IMG/VR virus record: IMGVR_UViG_3300028833_000126
Coordinates: 64,716-83,300 of that record
Source of the DNA: a virus
Lineage: Duplodnaviria; Heunggongvirae; Uroviricota; Caudoviricetes
DNA: 18,585 nt
Strand: one strand, 5' to 3'
Made by a program: the position numbers and the translations under genes. Below, in pieces: positions 15,290 through 18,585 of the stretch. Below the pieces are notes generated by a model. The model was not told where the DNA came from, made no database searches, and saw nothing but the letters and a program-made list of their open reading frames with translations. Numbering within the stretch: the first letter of the stretch is position 1; each line of letters starts with the position of its first letter.

Positions 15290-17038
15290 TCAAGATTCAA
15301 AAGCGTCACGGTTGGCTTTATATGCCACATAGGCGTCCATCAAAGCTGCAACTGAGTCAATTTTCTGGTCATACCGCTTCTTCATAAGTTTGCGGTTGCC
15401 GTTCGTATCTTCGACCGTGATACAGTTCCCCATTGCAAATGTCATGAGCTGCTCATCGAAGATCAGCATCCGCTCACCAGCAAGTTTCTTGAGCTCGCCA
15501 AGAGGTACAGATTCGGTCTTGGCGCCCTGAATGACTTTCTCAACGCCGAATGAACCATTCTCGGTGATCCATCGCTCGACAAACTCTCTCGCATTATACG
15601 GGTCATAGCCAAAGCACCTGACATCATACTCCTTTTCGGTGATATGACGGTCAAGATCTTCGTAAACTTCAATCATGTCAAGGACAGTGCCTTCCATGAC
15701 CACAAGAGAACCTTCAGCCATGAACTCCTCATACTTCTGCCTCAGAGCTGCCTGTAACTTGCTCATGGTGAGTGATGTAATGTATGCTCGCGTCTTCACA
15801 CCATAACAGCCGTTCGATAGCGGGAACAAGAAGGTGAATGCGCAGAAGTCGTCACCAAGCGATAGGTCTGCACCAAGTGCGCAAGGCATTGACCAGAAGT
15901 CTCTCGGACGGTGAACCTTCGTCTCCTCATATGTGAAGTAATACGTGTAGCCCTCCATAGGAATGCCGAACCTCTTCGCAAGAATATCGTTGCGGGCGGA
16001 AGGAACCTTCTCTGCTCTCTCGACATCGAGCTGGTAGACATCGTAAGTGACTGTCTTCCCGAGATTCGGATTACACTTGAGCCACATGTTCGGCTTGCCG
16101 ACTTCATCAATATTGTCGAGCTTGTACCACCAGATAGAGACATGCGGGTTGATGTACTCGCCTTTGAGGATCTGCATAAGCTCCATTTTGATTGCGTCAC
16201 CAACACCGTTACGCACAGTGCCTTCAGAACTTGTCGCGATGATGATGTAATCTTCAAGCTTGGACGCACCTTGCTCAATAGGGCCTATGACATCCTCATT
16301 CACATCTCCAGAAAGCCACTCGTCGATCGTTGCTACCTTGCATCGCAGACCCTGAAGTCTGTCAACACTCATGGGTCGGATCTCAAGAAGCGATCCATTA
16401 AGGAAATTCTCGATTCCCTTCTTCGTCGAAGCGAGCTTAACACGTTTGGCTTTTGAACCGGTTGTGTTCTGGAGAGAACCTTCTGTCAGAAAACGAAAAA
16501 GCGGCCCACGAGACCGTGTGATGGCTGTCCGAATGGGGTTAAGCACCTCATCAGCCTGTCGCATGGTCGGAGCCGTCGTAATCTGGTTTGTTGTTGAAGA
16601 GTCTGAATTCAAGAAATAGGCCTGAATGCTCGAGGCATACATTGACTTTGCCGCACCTCGTCCGACAATCAGATACTGCTTGTGGCAAAGACGTTTCCGA
16701 ATTCTCTTTCGAACATATCGTCCACCATGTCCATCAGACCGTGGCTCGTAGACAGTTCTTTCATCAAAGTAGTACCATCCGAGAAGATCTTCTCCCCATA
16801 ACTTGAAGGAAGGAAGAAGCGTCATGTCTGAACCGTCTGTCAGAGTAAGCTCATTCTCACAGAACTTCACCCAACGCTCGACAGGTTCAGGGTCATAGTA
16901 GTAGTTCGGACTTCGGATCAAGTAGTCAATCCGGTTCATCTGCAATGAGATTTCACGGTTTACGGGTATTTCACCCCTGATAACGGCATCCCTGAACTTG
17001 CCGTAATACTTTGGGACGGCAGTGTTCGATAATGCCAT
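15290..17038 (-). CDS. terL: Terminase large subunit (582 aa)
   Basis: AAAGGAG RBS. Walker A-like GRGAAKS, Walker B VATIDE, coupling motif ATSSEG, RNase H-like nuclease acids (GADLSLGDD, KIDSVAALMDA). Confidence 0.95.
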   Translation of the reverse strand: MALSNTAVPKYYGKFRDAVIRGEIPVNREISLQMNRIDYLIRSPNYYYDPEPVERWVKFCENELTLTDGSDMTLLPSFKLWGEDLLGWYYFDERTVYEPRSDGHGGRYVRKRIRKRLCHKQYLIVGRGAAKSMYASSIQAYFLNSDSSTTNQITTAPTMRQADEVLNPIRTAITRSRGPLFRFLTEGSLQNTTGSKAKRVKLASTKKGIENFLNGSLLEIRPMSVDRLQGLRCKVATIDEWLSGDVNEDVIGPIEQGASKLEDYIIIATSSEGTVRNGVGDAIKMELMQILKGEYINPHVSIWWYKLDNIDEVGKPNMWLKCNPNLGKTVTYDVYQLDVERAEKVPSARNDILAKRFGIPMEGYTYYFTYEETKVHRPRDFWSMPCALGADLSLGDDFCAFTFLFPLSNGCYGVKTRAYITSLTMSKLQAALRQKYEEFMAEGSLVVMEGTVLDMIEVYEDLDRHITEKEYDVRCFGYDPYNAREFVERWITENGSFGVEKVIQGAKTESVPLGELKKLAGERMLIFDEQLMTFAMGNCITVEDTNGNRKLMKKRYDQKIDSVAALMDAYVAYKANRDAFES

Positions 17039-17061
17039 TTTGATTTTCTCCTTTCAAGGGC

Positions 17062-17090
17062 TTTACAAGTCTTGCGATTTATGGTATAAT
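17062..17090 (+). promoter_or_regulatory. Near-consensus sigma70/sigmaA promoter, antisense to the structural operon
   Basis: TTTACA (17062-17067), 17-nt spacer, TATAAT (17085-17090), with extended -10 TG at 17082-17083, in an AT-rich intergenic gap. Confidence 0.7.
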
Positions 17091-17108
17091 CAATTAATTA
17101 AAAAATAT

Positions 17109-17840
17109 TCAGATGCGCCTCGATCTATTCGCGCCAAGAAGTCTGTGAACCTCACTGTAAATCTCGTCAGATAACTGATCGAAGTCGCTCTGTTGCTGTT
17201 TCTTCTTTTTCTTGCTAGACTGCTGCTGATTATTCGAAGAAGACTGGGAATTATTAGAGCTATTCGACATTCCAGCAAGTCCGACTTTAAGACTTCTAAT
17301 GCCTTCCTCTATCGAGTCCAGACGTTCATTAACCTTATTGTCTTTCTTATTATTTTTGTTTTCTTTGTCATTATTATCTTTGTTGTCTTCATCTTCAAGA
17401 TGCAGTGCTTTTCTCATCTTCTTCTTAAGATACTGAGCACCTACATCCTTGGCAGACATATAGAAGATCTCACCAATCAGCTTTCGACCGGCAGACATTT
17501 CTTTCTTCTCTTTTTGCTTCGGCTGCTGCACCTGAGGCTGTGCCTGAACCTGCTGCGGTTGCGGCTGAGGAGTTGTGAGCTGAATATAGCGTCTCTCCAT
17601 ATCAAGTCGGTTAAGAGCAGCTCTCAGCTCATCATCAGTCATAGCATATACAGGCTTCACATAAGTCTGATTCTGGAAAGAAGAGCCATTATAGGAATAT
17701 CCAGACCCGGTCTGAGATGCTGGCTCATCCACGCCATATCTTTTACGTCCGGCAGGAGTGAGAGTGCCATCAGGATTCTGGTATCGCCTGACACCCCATT
17801 TCATACCGAGGATACCATAGTGCATAAGCTCATCATTCAT
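17109..17840 (-). CDS. Leader-motif protein D (243 aa; start MNDELMHYGILGMKWG), function unknown
   Basis: AAGGAGG RBS before the ATG at 17840; same leader; PQ-rich, N/D/K-rich and S/N/Q-rich low-complexity tracts. Confidence 0.85.
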   Translation of the reverse strand: MNDELMHYGILGMKWGVRRYQNPDGTLTPAGRKRYGVDEPASQTGSGYSYNGSSFQNQTYVKPVYAMTDDELRAALNRLDMERRYIQLTTPQPQPQQVQAQPQVQQPKQKEKKEMSAGRKLIGEIFYMSAKDVGAQYLKKKMRKALHLEDEDNKDNNDKENKNNKKDNKVNERLDSIEEGIRSLKVGLAGMSNSSNNSQSSSNNQQQSSKKKKKQQQSDFDQLSDEIYSEVHRLLGANRSRRI

Positions 17841-17884
17841 AGGATCGCCTCCTTCTTTAGTATTTTGCATAAGGATGTTATATA

Positions 17885-18397
17885 ATGCGTTTATTTAGAC
17901 TCGGAACTATACGAAGAACAATTAAATATACAGTAAAGGGAACAAAACTTGTACTGGATTCGCCCTTCTTAGTCTTAAAAGGGATGATCATGATAGTTGC
18001 CGCTCCATTTGTTGGAGCATACTACGCACTTAAAGTAATAGTCTTGTTCGCTGCTGCTGTATTTAATTTCTTCTACTCAAGACGCACTGCTACAAATGCG
18101 TTCCGCAAACGACCAAAAACAGAGGAGATCACTGGGCCCAGATACATATGCATTCCGAAAGGACTCACGCCATACAACGAACAGTATTATTACGTTATAC
18201 TCGGAACATTTCAGGCCGCGGGTTTCACGAATGTCATCTGCTTAAATCTTGAAGATATGGGCGCAATTTCGCCATACAAAGAAGAACGAGTAAAGGACGT
18301 CATGATCAACGGCGTCCAAGTTCATCCTGGAATGGGTCCATTCATCTCTGACGTGCCAATAATCGTTACGTATCACGGCAAGAAAGTCAAACGATAA
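17885..18397 (+). CDS. Opposite-strand accessory membrane protein (170 aa; alternative start at 17990), unknown function
   Basis: The only + strand ORF here that does not shadow a minus-strand gene; it occupies the gap between two minus genes. Long hydrophobic segment FLVLKGMIMIVAAPFVGAYYALKVIVLFAAAVFNFFY. AAAGGG lies 6 nt before the ATG at 17990. Confidence 0.72.
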   Translation: MRLFRLGTIRRTIKYTVKGTKLVLDSPFLVLKGMIMIVAAPFVGAYYALKVIVLFAAAVFNFFYSRRTATNAFRKRPKTEEITGPRYICIPKGLTPYNEQYYYVILGTFQAAGFTNVICLNLEDMGAISPYKEERVKDVMINGVQVHPGMGPFISDVPIIVTYHGKKVKR

Positions 18398-18402
18398 TCT
18401 GA

Positions 18403-18585
18403 TTAATCCTCAAGCATCTTGTCACACTCAACAAACCCTCTCCACTCATACTCGGCAGCCATTGCTTTCATCGCATCAAGTGCTCCAGAGCTCTGAGGCG
18501 GATCAAACATGAGCTTCACTCTGATGATGACATACGACTTGCTGTACTCCAGCACGTTCATCTTGTCACCAAGAAAGTCAGACCA
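18403..18585 (-). CDS. Partial conserved phage protein, probable head-tail adaptor (C-terminal 60 aa)
   Basis: Hand translation: WSDFLGDKMNVLEYSKSYVIIRVKLMFDPPQSSGALDAMKAMAAEYEWRGFVECDKMLED*. The KSY...VKLxFDPP...EWR pattern recalls connector/adaptor proteins of this phage type (from memory). The start lies outside the window. Confidence 0.55.
   Translation of the reverse strand, partial: WSDFLGDKMNVLEYSKSYVIIRVKLMFDPPQSSGALDAMKAMAAEYEWRGFVECDKMLED

Noticed and set aside
15290-17038. Possible intein or intron in terL
   Set aside because: The length is ordinary, the frame is continuous, and I saw no splicing or homing endonuclease motifs.
17113-17148. 11-codon ORF right after the antisense promoter
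   Set aside because: No SD and too short to support.
17193-17885. 230-aa hydrophobic + strand ORF downstream of the antisense promoter
   Set aside because: Its hydrophobicity mirrors the K/N/Q/E-rich codons of gene D on the other strand, and it has no SD. Not fully excluded, since the promoter would transcribe it.
17865-17886. TTGCAT...TATAAT as a full promoter for the + membrane gene
   Set aside because: The spacer is only 10 nt and the -10 overlaps the first ATG; only the -10-like hexamer is supportable.

Overview
This window is the virion morphogenesis module of a tailed, long non-contractile-tail (sipho-type) phage or prophage, encoded almost entirely on the minus strand. Strong AGGAGG-type Shine-Dalgarno sites suggest a Firmicutes-like host (inference). 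In transcription order (right to left): a partial probable head-tail adaptor, one opposite-strand membrane-protein gene, a leader-motif protein, terminase large subunit, a calcineurin-like metallophosphoesterase, three tandem leader-motif proteins, a portal with a ~340-aa C-terminal extension, a prohead protease-scaffold-major capsid fusion, head closure, tail terminator, major tail protein followed by an intrinsic terminator, two tail chaperone-like genes, an HK97 gp10-like neck protein, and a tape measure protein (>1790 aa) running off the left edge. Most notable: (1) four small proteins share an N-terminal EL-x-H-(H/Y)GILGM(K/H)WG leader, and a similar hydrophobic-x-His-small motif recurs in the scaffold linker and portal extension, suggesting a His-directed head maturation and cargo-loading code; (2) the capsid gene ends in G_GGG_GAA_TAA followed 7 nt later by a hairpin, with an open -1 frame that fills the intergenic gap, a candidate programmed frameshift; (3) a perfect internal Shine-Dalgarno could give a stand-alone capsid protein. 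Product calls come from motif recognition and synteny, not database searches.
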